A DNA stretch of 64,000 bases from Octopus sinensis (taxonomy: Eukaryota): NCBI RefSeq assembly GCF_006345805.1, contig NC_043003.1, forward strand, positions 28,706,001 through 28,770,000, read 5' to 3'. The notes beneath the pieces are model-generated. The model searched no databases, was not told where the DNA came from, and saw nothing but the letters and a program-made list of their open reading frames with translations. Positions within the stretch are counted from its first letter, which is position 1. Each line of letters starts with the position of its first letter. Positions 38,031 through 52,905 of this stretch are shown here, in pieces. The translations under genes and the position numbers were made by a program.

Positions 38031-40639
38031 ACCAATTCCAAATACTGTTGTTGAATAGAAACATTAGGAGAAGAAATAAGCTTTAGACATTGATCTCTAT
38101 TACGATTTACACTTGATAGTCAACAGAATAAATTGGATAAAATAAAGACAATTAAATTACTTATTGCAAGAGCGCAGACATTCTTATTTCTTTTTTATTG
38201 GCGAGTCTGGAGAAAGTGCATATGACTTATACAGGCACTTTGAGACTAACCAGCTTGATGCTGTTAATTTTCCGTTTAATGATGTTCAAGACAAACAGGA
38301 AAAACATGAGCAAGAAGATTCCAAAGTAGGGGGGGGGGAATAATGGTTATTTGGGGGCTAAGGGAGTTGGCCTCAATAATTATTACAAGAGGTAGAGAAA
38401 CGAGTGTGTCTTACTGTGTCTCGGTGGACGAGGTTGTTAGGGATATAATGACCATTTATCTCTTAGTACGTGAACATGGTATTCAAACTGTTGCCTCCCT
38501 TGTTGGGGTGGAAGATGATAGGGATAAGAAGAACAATAGCTTTTAGCACGTTAACGTGGCGTTCAACCTGTCGCGTCTCTGGAAGTCAATCTCTTTACCA
38601 TGCAAGTGTTTTCGCTCGGAATTTGTGGCTGACGGACAGTTTTGTTTTTGCTAATTGTTGTACGAGTTCTTTCTTCTTTCTTCCATGGGATCCAGCTGGT
38701 TATATTTTATTAGTCTGGTTTGTGCTCAAGGCTCAAATTACAAATACACTTACACTTACAACAGATGTACTAAATCAACCAGTTGCAATGAAGTGAGACC
38801 TCTATAGTCTTCAAGCGATAAAAAAAGACAGACTGAAAACATTCTGCCTGCATGTCAGAGGCTCGAGTTTGTCTGTTAGTAATTTAGTTAGTCGCGTAGC
38901 CTATCTGATAGATTGTCCATGACCTTCGCAATAACTCAGGGATTGTTGGGCTTGATACCCATTATTATTTTATTTAAATCTTGCAGGCCAATACCTACAG
39001 TAAAGATATGACCAGAAGACGTTTCTACTGGGGTTAGGTTCTGGAAAGTAAGGAGTGGGCATAATAGTTAGTGTAGAACCAGGATGTCTGGTCTTACCAA
39101 ATGTTTGGTATGACGCTTAAAATACTGAATTCTAAAGGAGGTGTACTTTGAAGAAGCTAAATATACCAGTCTTCACTCTTCTCAAGAATACAGAGGAAAC
39201 TGTCGACGTTTATTGTGATGAAGGGGGCTTTGTGAAAAACAAACCTTTCACTACTTACCGAGGATCTTGTCGGATGTAACGTTAGATTTAATGAATATAC
39301 TGACTTTGTTATATACAAGAGGGATGAATGGTAGATATGGAGTGCTGAGTGTTGGATGGGATACAATTTTTGCGTTAAGGGCATTTCCAAGATCAAGACA
39401 ACTGAAAGCCGCAAAGTAGCCACGCACAATATGCTAAAAGGAAATGGCCAAATCTCTCTGAAATTACATTATAAAGTACAATGTTGAATAATCTATACTT
39501 CAGTAAAAAACCCAAAAGGACTATCGATCATAATACATCTGCAAGATCAGAACTGACCTAGTGCTATACAACAACAACAACAACAACACTAACAGAAGAC
39601 AATGTTTAGAGAGAGGTAAAAGAAAATGTAATGTTTTCCAAACAATAACAAGTGAAGACACAACTTTGTAAGTATCTAAACTCGGATTACTGTCAGCAGA
39701 AACAAAATACAACTGAAATGCTTGTTTAGTATTTCACTATTTCGGATATTTCATGTGCCTCGTTTTGCCAAATATTATAAAAAAGCCATATCCAATAAAC
39801 AACTTACATATACAATTAATCGGCAAAGTTTAAACCTATATATCGATCTCTGGAATGTTTCTATAGAGAAATTAGATCCGAACAAAATTACTTGATAGTC
39901 TCAGTTTCATCTCATATTTTCTTTATGTTGGTCGCCATATTTGATTTCTTATTTTGTTCTTGTTATTGTTTATATTTTAATGTTATTCATTATGTTTCCT
40001 CTGTTATTCGTCATTAACGTGATGTCGTGGAGGTTATTGTTGTTATAGTCTTTTGCTTTTTCTTTTTGATGTCTTTAATTAATGCCGACATTTGCCTTTC
40101 GCCTTTCTCTGACGTAGAATGTCTTCATGTCATTCTAATTAAATTTCAAAAAAAAATAATAATAACAGACAGGCGAGGAATAAAAAGTAAAGCAGCATGG
40201 TGTGGCTTTTACGCCTTTCCTAACAATATTTGCTTCAAATAGCAACGAGACAATCCGTACCAGCATCACTCTTTACATCATGAACATCGTACTAATGAGG
40301 GAACTTCTGGTTGGATAATCGGCAAGCTAGAAATAGCAGCGTAACAGCTTTCGAATTACGCACCGACGTCTTAGATAAAAAAAAACAAGGTCGACTATGT
40401 AATCCAGGGTTCACTGTGCAAATGAACTGACAGGTTAGTCACGGCTGGCCTGACGTTGATCTGTCAGATCTTGCAAGGAACCTAACAACAGCCAGGTTAC
40501 ATATGTGTGTGTGTGTGTGAGTGTCTGTGTGTGTGTGGGTGTGTAAATATATATATATATAAATATATACGTATGTATGTATGTATGTATGTATGTATGT
40601 ATTATGCATATATATAGACCACACACACCACACACACAC

Positions 40640-40727
<88 letters not shown>

Positions 40728-41472
40728 CAAAGACATAACAAGAAAAATAGACCGTTAGAAAATCTCTGTTCGAGATAGAAGCAGTATACGAACCAAAAAG
40801 TATTGCTTATGATCATTTAATGTGGCTGTCCTCAAAGAGATTTACTGCAAGCGGGATGTAACTCCTGCCGCTCTAACCACAAGACCACTAGACCACGTGG
40901 TTTCGATCTGTATTGGATCTCCTCGGCGATGCGTATTCGTTACCAGGCATGGCAAGTTTTTAACCTCACTTGTAATATATAGAAAACACGGAGTCATACA
41001 ATCACTGATTTTGTAACAATACATATATATGACGGGCTTCTTTCAGTTTCTGCCAACCGAATCTACCGAGAAGGCTTTGAGCAACTTATGACTATAGTAG
41101 AATAAGAGGCCTAAGGTGCCACGCAGGGGGTCTGAACCCGGAATCATGTGACTGGAGACCAAACTTCTTACGACAAAGTGACGCCTGCGCATATGAAAAT
41201 TTCTCGATTGTCACTGGACGCTGATCACTGAAACAAGGGCCGGGGGGAGTTCAGGAGAGATGTGGAGAGGGGAAGGGGAGGGCAGTAATTGTGGGGGATA
41301 TTGTTGTTATCGATCACCTAATCATCGATGAGCGTGTGATCGTTAATTCTTTTGTAGTTGACGCCATCTTCTTTGACGTCATTATTGTTGCTGCCATCGT
41401 CACCAGCGTCATCACCATCATCGGGACAACCAGCATCTCCAGCAGCACTAGCACCGCCACCAGTACCCACCC

Positions 41473-41504
<32 letters not shown>

Positions 41505-41893
41505 GCATCATCACCATCATCATCACATCATCACCATCATCATCATCACGATCATCTTCATCATCAACATCGCAAAGACAACCGCCGCCATCATAACAAC
41601 AACCAACAACACCAACACCACCAGTACCATAACTCTCATCGTTGTTGTCATCACTGCTGCCGCTGTCGACACCTGCGCTGCAAGCCATCACCAGCACCAT
41701 CACCGCAATCATGTGCTCAAACCTTCACCACCACCACCACCATCATCGTCGGCAGTTGCAGCATCACCGCCATCACCAACAAGACCACCACTAATTTGAC
41801 TGCCAAAACCACCAGCACTACAATTTTCGCCACCGCCAGCACTAGGACCACCACCACCACCACCACCACTAACATCATCATCATCATCATCAT

Positions 41894-41925
<32 letters not shown>

Positions 41926-42064
41926 TCTATTTCTTCATCAGCACCACAATCCTCATCTTCATCATTTTCATCATCACAACCATCACTACTATTATCAACA
42001 TCATCAAAGATGACACCATCGTCATCATCCTCACTAAGCTGTTATGATGACGATATCGATGATA

Positions 42065-42113
<49 letters not shown>

Positions 42114-43549
42114 CGATATGATGATGATGATGATGATGATGATTATCATCATTATCATCATCATCCTTATCATCATCGTTATCACTGCCACCAACAACAC
42201 CTCGACCATCACCACGATAACCCCACTCACAACCCTCACCACCACCACCGCTACATCTTTATCATACCCACCGCCATTGACAATGGCGTTACACTACTTG
42301 CAACTCCGTTGTCGATATCTCTTTTCTGAGTGGTTTGAATGCTTTCTTTCTTGAAGCGTTCCCATTACCATTACTTGTTACATTATGTAAATATTGCTTT
42401 AGTTAAAATATATTTCTACGGTGTTTATTGCTTTTCTTAAAGATTAACAGCGTATTTCTCCGTTCTTTCGTTTTGTTTTTTATCCAGTCCTCCATTACTA
42501 TAAATTTTGTTGGAAATATTGGTTTCAAATTTTGGAACAAGGTCAGCAATTTCAGGGGAGGGGATATTCGACCACATCAGCCCCCAGAGTTCAACTGGTA
42601 CTTATTTCACATACCCCGAAAGGATCAAAAGCGGAATTCGAACTGAAAGCATTTTTCCCGACATGCTAACGATTCTGCCAGTTCATCGCCTTAGACTTTG
42701 TTGTTAATAATATAATTAATAATGTTGATCGACAGACCGACAGACCGATAAAAAGAGATATAACCAAGAGTTGTCTTATGCATAATACATAATGTATAAT
42801 CTGCAGCTGTTGTGGGGTATTTGTCTCCCCTTCGTAAATATATAAGGACATAGTAAATGTGTCGAAGCCGACAGGAAGCGTTCGATGCTTCCTAGGGCTA
42901 AACAGCAGTGGTGTAATCCCCTACTGTCACGTTAAATTGACAGTATACAACTATTATATCGCCCCACCACCGTACATATATCTATGAGATATTTAGAAAT
43001 TTAATATTTCTGATAATGTATAATCATACGTCAGAAAACAAACCCGGGGCAGAAGAAAAGAGATTAAAAAAAGCGAATAACGCCATATTGCCGTAATATC
43101 TCATAAAATAGACAGTATTTTCCGATGGACAAGGAATCTATTTTCGTTACATAAAGACAACTCTGTAATTCTCAGTTTGAAAATGCGATAATAAATCAAC
43201 GAAACGAAACGGGGCAAATAAAATAAAATAAACAATAACGGACGAAACAACAAATACCTCGTTTAGTAAACTTTTTATACGAATTCCTTTATATTTATTT
43301 GTTTTATTTAAATTACTTGGTATTCTGACAGTTGGCTTTTGTTGGTTGAAATTCCAACGGTGGTTGGAGAGTTTGTTTCTGTGTTTACTCTGTTAAGTTC
43401 TGTTTATATGGACTTTGTGTATTTGGAATTAATGTGTGTCACTAGGTTGCCTTAGGATTCTATTGCACTTATAACAGACAGCTGCACCTCACGCACGAAT
43501 ACGTATACACAAACACACGCACACGCATATACACTCGCATTACTTCACG

Positions 43550-43910
43550 TACCGGGTTCAGTCCCACTGCGTGGCATCTTGGGCAAGTGTCTTCTGCTAT
43601 AGCCCCGGGCCGACCAATGCCTTGTGAGTGGATTTGGTAGACGGAAACTGAAAGAAGCCTGTCGTATATATATGTATATATATGTATGTGTGTGTTTGTG
43701 TGTCTGTGTTGTCCCCCTAGCATTGCTTGACAACCGATGCTGGTGTGTTTATGTCCCCGTTACTTAGCGGTTCGGCAAAAGAGACCGATAGCATAAGTAC
43801 TGGGCTTACAAAAAAAGAATAAGTCCCGGGGTCGAGTCGCTCGACTAAAGGCGGTGCTCCAGCATGGCCGCAGTCAAAGGACTGAAACAAGTAAAAGAGT
43901 AAAGAGTAAG
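43550..43910 (+). mobile_element. SINE family A; other copies or fragments at 18590-18960, 41030-41190, 44640-45010, 46596-46760, 50649-50783, 51130-51347, 60880-61340
   Basis: Shared head and tail blocks. Confidence 0.88.
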
Positions 43911-44186
43911 AGTACCATCCATCCACACAGATACAGGCGTACTGCCACACGCACATACTCGCATACAGACAGAAAGCAGTTCATTTTGATTACTTATGGA
44001 CAAAGCCTTTTCGATAGCAATAAAGGTTACTAATATCAACGAGGAAATGTAAAAATTGAAACAATTTCTCTACGTATTTTAAAAAATTACCTATTTGCAA
44101 ACGCTGATTTGCACATTTAGGTAGTTATGTATGTATGTATGTATCTATCTATCTCTCTCCTCTCTCTCTGTATGTATGTATGTATG

Positions 44187-44224
<38 letters not shown>

Positions 44225-44256
44225 CTATCATCTATCTATCTATCTATCTATCTATC

Positions 44257-44289
<33 letters not shown>

Positions 44290-44296
44290 ATATCTA

Positions 44297-44396
<100 letters not shown>

Positions 44397-44459
44397 AATA
44401 TTATATATATATATATATGTGTGTGTGTTTTTATATATATGTGTTGTGTGTGTATGGGG

Positions 44460-44625
44460 GAGAATTCACAAAAAAACAAAAGACAGGTGGTGTGTAGACA
44501 ACAAACAGATGTATTAGTTTAACGCTCGGGGAGTGAAAAAGTTTTAAACGTTTCGAGCCTACGCTCTTCCACAGAAAGGAACACAGAAAGAAACAAAGAG
44601 AGAAAGTAAAGAATGTGTAGTGGCT
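44460..44625 (-). mobile_element. Penelope-like pLTR remnant with a minimal hammerhead-like motif
   Basis: Minus strand CCTTT-CTGTGGA-A-GAGC-GTAG-GCTC-GAAACGTT (44546-44579). Confidence 0.55.
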
Positions 44626-45450
44626 AGTGAGGTATGTATTTTTTCCTTCTTTTACTTCTTTCAGTCATTTGACTGCTGCCATGTTGGAGCACCGCCTTTA
44701 GTCGAGCAAATCGACCCCAGAACTTATTCTATCGGTCTCTTTTGCCGAACCGCTAAGTTACGGTGGCATAAACACACCAGAATCGGTTCTCAAGCGATGT
44801 TTGGTGGGGGCAAACACAGACCCACATACACATATATATACGTATACGACGGGCTTCTTCCTGTTTCCGTCTACCAAATCAACTCACAAGGCTTTGGTCG
44901 GCCTGAGACTATAGTAGAAGACACTTGCCCAAGGTACCACGCAGTGGGATTGAACCCATAACCATGTGGTTGGTAAGCAAGCTACTTACCACCACCACTC
45001 CTGCGCCTATATGTATGTATAGTATATAAGATATTTTAGCCAGCTGGAAAAGAGATGTTTTCCTAGGGCTGAAAAAAGTAGCAATACCGTCTCCACCAAG
45101 ACTGCAACTTTACGTTGGCAATTAGACTTTACTCTGTAGTACTGTTACATCTTATTTCTCGCTCAGAGATTTAAAATTAATTGTTTTTCTTCTTACGAGA
45201 TCAGTAACTGAGTGTCACTTTAAAACTATATACCTCGAGGAAGGCCTCGTGCTGCCATCTCTAGCCAAGGCTATCCTATGCCCGAAGGGAAATAACCCAG
45301 AAATTATTGGTCCGCAGATACCATTTAAGGCTGAGTGGAGACATTAGCTCCCTTGTTCGCAGTTGTGCGTCGATAGCCAGTTAGATATGTTTTCCTGAGG
45401 CTAAAAATGGTAGTAACACCGTCCTAATCAGGACTGCCACTTTACGTCTT

Positions 45451-45537
<87 letters not shown>

Positions 45538-45866
45538 ATTATAATAATAAGGGTTTTTTGCAACAAGTTGCTTAAACCACATACCGAAAATATTAGAAAC
45601 AGCAGTCAAAGGGCTACTATTTCTTTTACTACAAAAATAAGTCTCCACAAACAACAGTATTTGTAACTCACATATGGTAAAAGAAGAAGAAAAACAACGA
45701 AACCACACAGACTACTGGATTAATTATGGACGATCGTTTCTGGATTAGAATCGTAAAGTTCATTTCCTTATCAACATAATATTTCCCATAAATCTAGAAA
45801 TGCTAGGAAAAACTACCTTTTATATTTCCGACCAAGCGACATCGAAAGATACAAAAGTCCACTAGC

Positions 45867-46134
45867 ATATCCACATTTATATAGACAAGCGAATTCGTAT
45901 CTTTATTCGTATTTTTACCGAATATGGTCTTTTTCCATACCGAAATACTACTAGGGGAAATTTATTGATTTTATTAAATTAATTAATTAACATTTCACCC
46001 TTTATCTGTATTGAATACTTTTACTCCCTTACAACAAAACTACGAAACTTTGTTTCGGCAGTACTGTTTTGTGACTCACGTGGTGAGATTTCGGAGGGAG
46101 ATACGAATTAGCTTGTCTATATAAATGTGGATAT
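45867..46134. repeat. 36-bp inverted repeat pair (35/36 identical) about 196 bp apart
   Basis: ATATCCACATTTATATAGACAAGCGAATTCGTATCT (45867-45902) versus 46099-46134. Confidence 0.85.
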
Positions 46135-46203
46135 ATTAGCGCTTGCATCCATTCTAGTGGATTCTTCAGAAGAATCCACTAGATTGGATGCATGCGCTAA
46201 TAT
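46133..46203. repeat. Near-perfect hairpin, 34-bp stem (2 mismatches), 3-nt loop
   Basis: ATATTAGCGCTTGCATCCATTCTAGTGGATTCTT-CAG-AAGAATCCACTAGATTGGATGCATGCGCTAATAT. Confidence 0.95.
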
Positions 46204-46532
46204 TTGATTTATAAAAACATGTGACATATTAATAAAAATCTGTAAAAATAAAACCATCCAGATTTCTGAATACCTTATTTCTTCAAATATATAATACTTA
46301 TACATCATCTCCAAATCTTCTAATATATATATACGGGTTATTAACAAATTGGTCAATAACTTCATCTCCATTTTCTTTTCTTCTTTTAACTGGATATAAA
46401 CTATATGCTTAATATATGCCTAATGTTGTAAGGAAATTTCATTCCCCAACAATACTAGGTATTGAACAAGTATTTCCTTAGATGCAACAATCCCTTCACG
46501 AAGTTAACATATCCACTAATTAAATTTATATA

Positions 46533-46580
<48 letters not shown>

Positions 46581-47039
46581 TGTGAACACTATATACGACG
46601 GGTTTCTTTCAGTTTCCGTCTACCAGATCCACTTACAAGGCTTTGGTCGACCCAAGGCTATAGTAGAAGACACTTGCCCAAGGTGCCACGCAGTGGGACT
46701 GTACCCGGAACCATGTAGTTAGGAAGGAAGCCTCATACTACACAGCTACGCCTGCGCCTATATTCGTATAGATATATATTTACACACACACACACACACA
46801 CATTCACACACACACACACATGCTTGAATGTATGGCGAGATAGGCAGGCAGACAGACGTAAAAGAAGACGGAGAGTATATATATACGTGGATATCTGTCT
46901 ACATGCGTCCACGTGCAAACACGTGCCGAGTGAACGACACTAGATGACAGAATCCCACCAACCACTTCATACACTCAGACACACACGCACACGCACACAC
47001 ACACACACACACACACCACACACACACACACACACATAC

Positions 47040-47375
47040 GCACGCATACACACAGAACATTTATTTGTAGTCATGTCGCAATACCCACTTGACATAAAAA
47101 TTTCTCCTTCGATGTCCCACGGGATGTGAGATTTATCTGAAAAACATTCAAACACTAGAGAATAAAAAACATTAATATTAGCCGCGTTTACACTGGGTTG
47201 AGACGAACATAAACAACAAAAACCGAAGCCGTTAAGAATTCCCCGGAGTTCGATTTTCTTTTTAGTTTTACATTCCTCAATGGTCGAAGGGTTTGTCTGT
47301 GAGATTATATTCAGAAAATACCAGTGAAACATATAAAGGATAAACAACAGACATTCTTCACTAGAAATTTCGTCT
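47040..47375 (+). mobile_element. Unclassified dispersed repeat; inverted homolog at 51770-52110
   Basis: TTTATTT(G/A)TAGTCATGTC(G/A)CAATACC..GTCCCACG..CATTAAT..GAGTTCGATTTTC..GACATTCTTC is shared by both. Confidence 0.6.
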
Positions 47376-47750
47376 TATGTCTATTAAAGAAATTTTAATC
47401 TATATGTTGTACTTTAAATCAAATGACTGACCCCCATTTTGCTTGTGGTTGCTTGCATTTGATCCTCTCCGCTCGGTTTAGAGGGTAGGTAGGTGGATGG
47501 CGTTATGTCACGTTAGGCTGAGGCCAAGATGCGTGTCACGTTCCTTTATTTACTTTGAAGTCAGGTGTAATTCTCCAGTGGGGATATGTATACGGAGGAA
47601 GGAAAAAAGAAATGATTCTCCTCTTGAGAATTGAGTCACGCGATCTTCGGCAACGCATGAATATCGATAGATGTAGCTTGGTACCCACATTGTAGCCAAT
47701 TCGAACTGCTATGTATGTATGTATGCATGTATGTATAAATATATATATAT

Positions 47751-47806
<56 letters not shown>

Positions 47807-47944
47807 GTATGTATATATATATATATATATGTACGTCTGTATGCATATATGTATATATATATGTATGTATGTATGCATACATGTATGTATATATGTATGT
47901 ATATATGTATGTATGTATGTATTTTGTATGTATTTATGTATGTA

Positions 47945-47984
<40 letters not shown>

Positions 47985-48557
47985 GTATGTATGTATATAT
48001 GTATGTATATATGTATGTATATATGTATGTATGTATTTATGTATGTATTTATGTATGTATGTATGTATGCATGGTTGGGTCGTCGGCGACTAAACCGGCA
48101 ACCCCACCAAGCTTGCTTGGTGAGGAGGGTGTTTATTGGACACCCTGCGGGATGAAAAACAAAACCCGTAAAAAAAAAGGGCGGAGGAATTCTTGAGAGT
48201 CAACGGCCATCCAATAAATGTCTTGAGGCTGGATCATGCGCGGGGACATAGAAATAATCGGACTGAATACCCGATCGCGCGGTTAAACTCTAAGGTGTAG
48301 AGCAATATATATTTAAAATGGGGAAGGCCAGTTTATGGGATTACCTTAGGTTTCCCGTCCATAAAGGGTTTAGCTTTATGGCGTATCGTCAGAACCATAA
48401 AACCTGTTGGCCCATGACCTCTTAAAAATATGGGGGGGGGGGTCTCACTACTCAAAGGTTGAGAGATAATACCCATTTGTTACCCATTTCCCCCTCCATC
48501 TTTTTTTAAAGGTCATGGACGCGAAACCTAAGCTAATCCCATAAACCGGCTTCCCCA

Positions 48558-48603
<46 letters not shown>

Positions 48604-48677
48604 GTGTGTGTGTGTGTATGTATGCATGCATGTATGCATGTATGTATACATGTATATGTATGTATATGTTTGTGATG

Positions 48678-49647
48678 GCCTATCTAACATGCCGTCGTTA
48701 TACAAGCAGCCACTCTTACAAGCTATGTCAATGACACAAAAGTAGCAGAAGCAGTCAAAAATCCTCTCGGTTCTAATCTTCTACGGTAAGATCTAGGTGC
48801 CATATATAAATGGACTGAAGAAAATAACACGCAATTTAACGCAGGAAAATTCCACGCCATTTGCTATTAGCCAGTTTATGCTAATATGCCACAACTAAGA
48901 TCCTTTGGACCAAAAGAAGCGGTAATTCCATAGTCAACCATAATGCATGATTTGGGGATTGATATGAGTAACTATTCATCGTTTCATGTATATATCACCA
49001 AGATGGTAGTAATGTGCAGGTGAATGGCTGGACGGGTTCTGAAAACTTTTAGATCAAAGGACCAGGAAACTATACTGGTTGTCTGGATTACTGAATCTCA
49101 AATATTGCCAACCACAGTGTCAACATAAATAGAACTCAAAGCAGCTGAGATGGTGCAACCCCCAAAAGTGAATCACTTGAGCTACAAGGAGAGACTGAAG
49201 AAATTACGTCTCTAGTTTCTGGAGCGAATTAGGGAGAGATATGCAGAGACATACATGTACAAGATCTTAGAGGGATTAGTACCAAATATTGGCAAACCCC
49301 GAACACGAACGCCACTGCACTATTCCAAATGTCTCAGGCATCCCATCTATAGCAAGGGCTGGGTACTGCAATAGTTCGAAATTCAAAGAACCACAGATTT
49401 TTAATATCATGCAAAAAATCTGAGAGATTTACATGGAGTGGGGATAGATATTTTCAAGAAGCACCTTGACTTTTTGCAATCCAACATCTCAGATCAACCT
49501 ACATCACGGCAATAAACTCGAACGAAGGCAACAATATCAGAATTTTTCATGTGCCAATACCAAACACATAGATATGGCCATTGAAACGGTGAAGGTACTG
49601 GCGCTGCCTAAGTACGGTCACATACACTAGGCTGAAAAGCATAAAAG
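48678..49647 (+). mobile_element. CR1-clade LINE 3' fragment (RT C-terminus and 3' UTR), pseudogenised
   Basis: SYVNDTKV (from FADDTK)..DLGAIYKWTEENNTQFNAGKF..HDLGIDMS..SYKERLKKL..ERY..YKILEGLVPN. Confidence 0.88.
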
Positions 49648-50160
49648 AATACATACATACATACATACATACATACATACATACATACATGCATACATAC
49701 ATACATGCATACATACATACATTTACACATATATAAAAACATAGGCGCCTAAATATATACGAATCCACGTAGCATAAACTGAAAGCAGGAATTTCAAATA
49801 TGCTACTTAAAGAAACTGTATTGTTTTTATCTAAGGGAATCCTTCCACGATATCGTGATATTTCGAGAATTACTTCACAGTTCAGTTCTTATTTTGTAGA
49901 GTTTACCCAATATACTTATCTCCAAACACGGATACACTACTATACATGCACATGCACACTCGTCTCTTCTCACTTCTTAACATCCATTCCCATTCGTCTT
50001 CTAAACCGTCACCCGTTTTTTTTTTCTTTTTGTCATCCACTTTACTGCTTCTCACTCTCACACCCATAAACTTTTCTCCTACTTCTGACGAAGCACTAAC
50101 GACGAAAATATTAAGAGCCTTTCGCTTCCTTCAAGTGTTAAACTAATACCGGTTTTGATA

Positions 50161-50222
50161 TATACACGGATTGGACAAAATAATGGAAAAACCTTAAAAT
50201 TTCAAACGAATTTATTTTAATA
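50161..50222 (+). mobile_element. Tc1-like terminal inverted repeat remnant, truncated by a SINE B head
   Basis: TA+CACGGATTGGACAAAATAATGGAAA resembles Tc1-type TIRs; no partner TIR seen. Confidence 0.35.
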
Positions 50223-50446
50223 TGCATTTCGCCCGGCGTGCTAACGTTTCTGCCATCTCGCTGCCTTAGAGCTTCAACGAAATTACCGTGTTCCAAATTA
50301 CATTCGCATGTATAGTTACCATGTAACTATAAACCGCGCTCCACAACCACACAACTATGTTGAATACACACACACACACACATACGTACACACACGCATA
50401 TATATTCATACATTATATATGTGTATATATATATATGTGTGTGTAT

Positions 50447-50531
<85 letters not shown>

Positions 50532-51067
50532 ACATGTTTCAGGAACTGAAACATGTTATAATGTATATATAAAAATTAAAAATGTATAATACAGCAGCAT
50601 TTTCGAACTTCATTTTTTACAAATATATATATTTATATATACATATATACGACGGGCTTCTTTCAGTTTCCATCTACCAAATCCACTCACAAGGCTATAG
50701 TAGAAGATACTTTCCGAAGGTGCCACGCAGTGGGACTGAACCCGGAACCATGTGGTTGGTAAACAAGCTACTTACCACACAGCAACATATATATGTATAT
50801 AAAATATATATGTATATGTAACCTAGTGGTCAAGATGTTGCACTCAAGATCGCCAGATCGTGGGCACGATTCCCTGACTGGGTGGTGCGTTGCGTTCTTG
50901 AGCAAAGCACTTCATTTCACATTGCTCTAGTAACCCTTCGATCAGGGGGGGGGTCTGCTCACCTAGCCAGCGGTGCGGCGTCATTTCAAGGCTAAAACAA
51001 TGCGAAAATGGACTGTAAACAGCGATGTGTAACAACACCTGATAATCTGGTCGGCCACGTGATCACG

Positions 51068-51110
<43 letters not shown>

Positions 51111-51385
51111 ATATATATATGTACGTATAAGTGTATGTGCGTGTGTATGTTTGTGTGTCTGTATTCGTTTCCCCACCATCGCTTGACAACCGATGCTGGT
51201 GCGTTTACGTCCCCATAACTTAGCAGTTCGGCAAAGGGGATCGATAGAATCAGTACTAGGCTTTGAAAGAATAAGTCCTGAGGTCGATTTGCTCGACTAA
51301 AGGCGGGGCCCCAGGATGGCCGCAGTCAAATGACTGAAACAAGTAAAATAATATATATATATGTGTGCGTGTGTGTGTGTGTGTG

Positions 51386-51428
<43 letters not shown>

Positions 51429-52163
51429 GTGTATGTGTGTGTGTGTGTTTGTGTGTATTAATTTATACATGCATGTATACATGTGTGTGTGTGTATGTTG
51501 CGCGCGTGTATGTCGCGTGATCTTGGAAGAATAATTTCCCCCCCTATATCCCACAGGAAATTTACACACCTGACTTCAATGCAAGAGACGGAACGTGACT
51601 TGTGTTTTGGGCTCGTTCCAATGTAGAATAACGCCAACGTAGAATAATCCACCCGTGTTCCCCACTGAGATGAAAGAATAAAATAAAAGAAACTACAGAG
51701 AAAGTGGAGGTTGGATTTTCTTGACTTAAAGTGCAAAATGTAATGTATAGTTTCTTAATTTAAAATAAGAGGAAATGTCTTGCAGAAGAATGTCAACAGT
51801 TTACGGAACAATCCTGTGCATATATTTAGAGGAATGTATTTTATTTTAACAACCCACCTTGCTTGGATTATTGATACACGTAAAACAAAAATTAAAATCG
51901 AAAATCGAACTCAAGGGAAATTTCATAGTTTAAAAAAAAATTTTTTTGCCTGGTTGTCTTGGCTCAGTGAAAACGGGATCAAGATTAATGTATTTAATCC
52001 TCTTGTGCTCTAGCGCTTCTGATAAAGCCGACAGACAACTCGTGGGACTTTGAAAGAGAAATGTTCGTTTCACAAAGGTATTGTGACATGACTATAAATA
52101 AATTTATTTTGTGCGCGCGCGTGTGTGTGAGAAAGAGGGAGAGGGAGAAAGAGAGAGACAGAA

Positions 52164-52194
<31 letters not shown>

Positions 52195-52351
52195 GACAGA
52201 GTACACACGTGCATGCACGTGTACGCATTTGTAAACACATTTTTTTTTTCTTTTTTCAGTTTCAGTCCTGAGGACTGCAGCCATGCTGGAGCACCACCGT
52301 TTGCTTTGCTACACTTTCATTAAACCTCTTCTGATATGTGACATTTTGTGG

Positions 52352-52415
<64 letters not shown>

Positions 52416-52416
52416 C

Positions 52417-52454
<38 letters not shown>

Positions 52455-52599
52455 ATATTATATACATTGTATATAGTATATATACATATGTATATATTGT
52501 ATACATCAGTAATAAATTTGTAGACGCTGTCTTGAGCATACCATTCTCATATATGTGTACATGTTTGAGCGTGCGTACGTGTGTACACCCCCCACACAC

Positions 52600-52649
<50 letters not shown>

Positions 52650-52905
52650 TGATGATGATGATGATGCAAACAACGCAAACAACAACAAACAAAAGCAACG
52701 ACATCGATTTAATAATCACAACATTGAAAGCAATAAGCAACAAAATTTCCCTTATATTCATCATCATCATCATCATCATCATCTTCATCGTTGTCTTCAT
52801 CGTCAACATCTTCACACTGAGCCATCGGCTATTTTGTTTTTGTCCCATCGATCACTAAGTAATCAATGCCTATAGATATTTGTCAATTGATCTTCTCTTG
52901 GGAGT

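Noticed and set aside
48070-48190. Twister or HDV-like ribozyme at the RTE-like 5' repeat (hairpin CACCAAGC-TT-GCTTGGTG; also CCTTCT-AGG-AGAAGG near 11937)
   Set aside because: Only isolated hairpins are present; neither catalytic core nor pseudoknot could be assembled.
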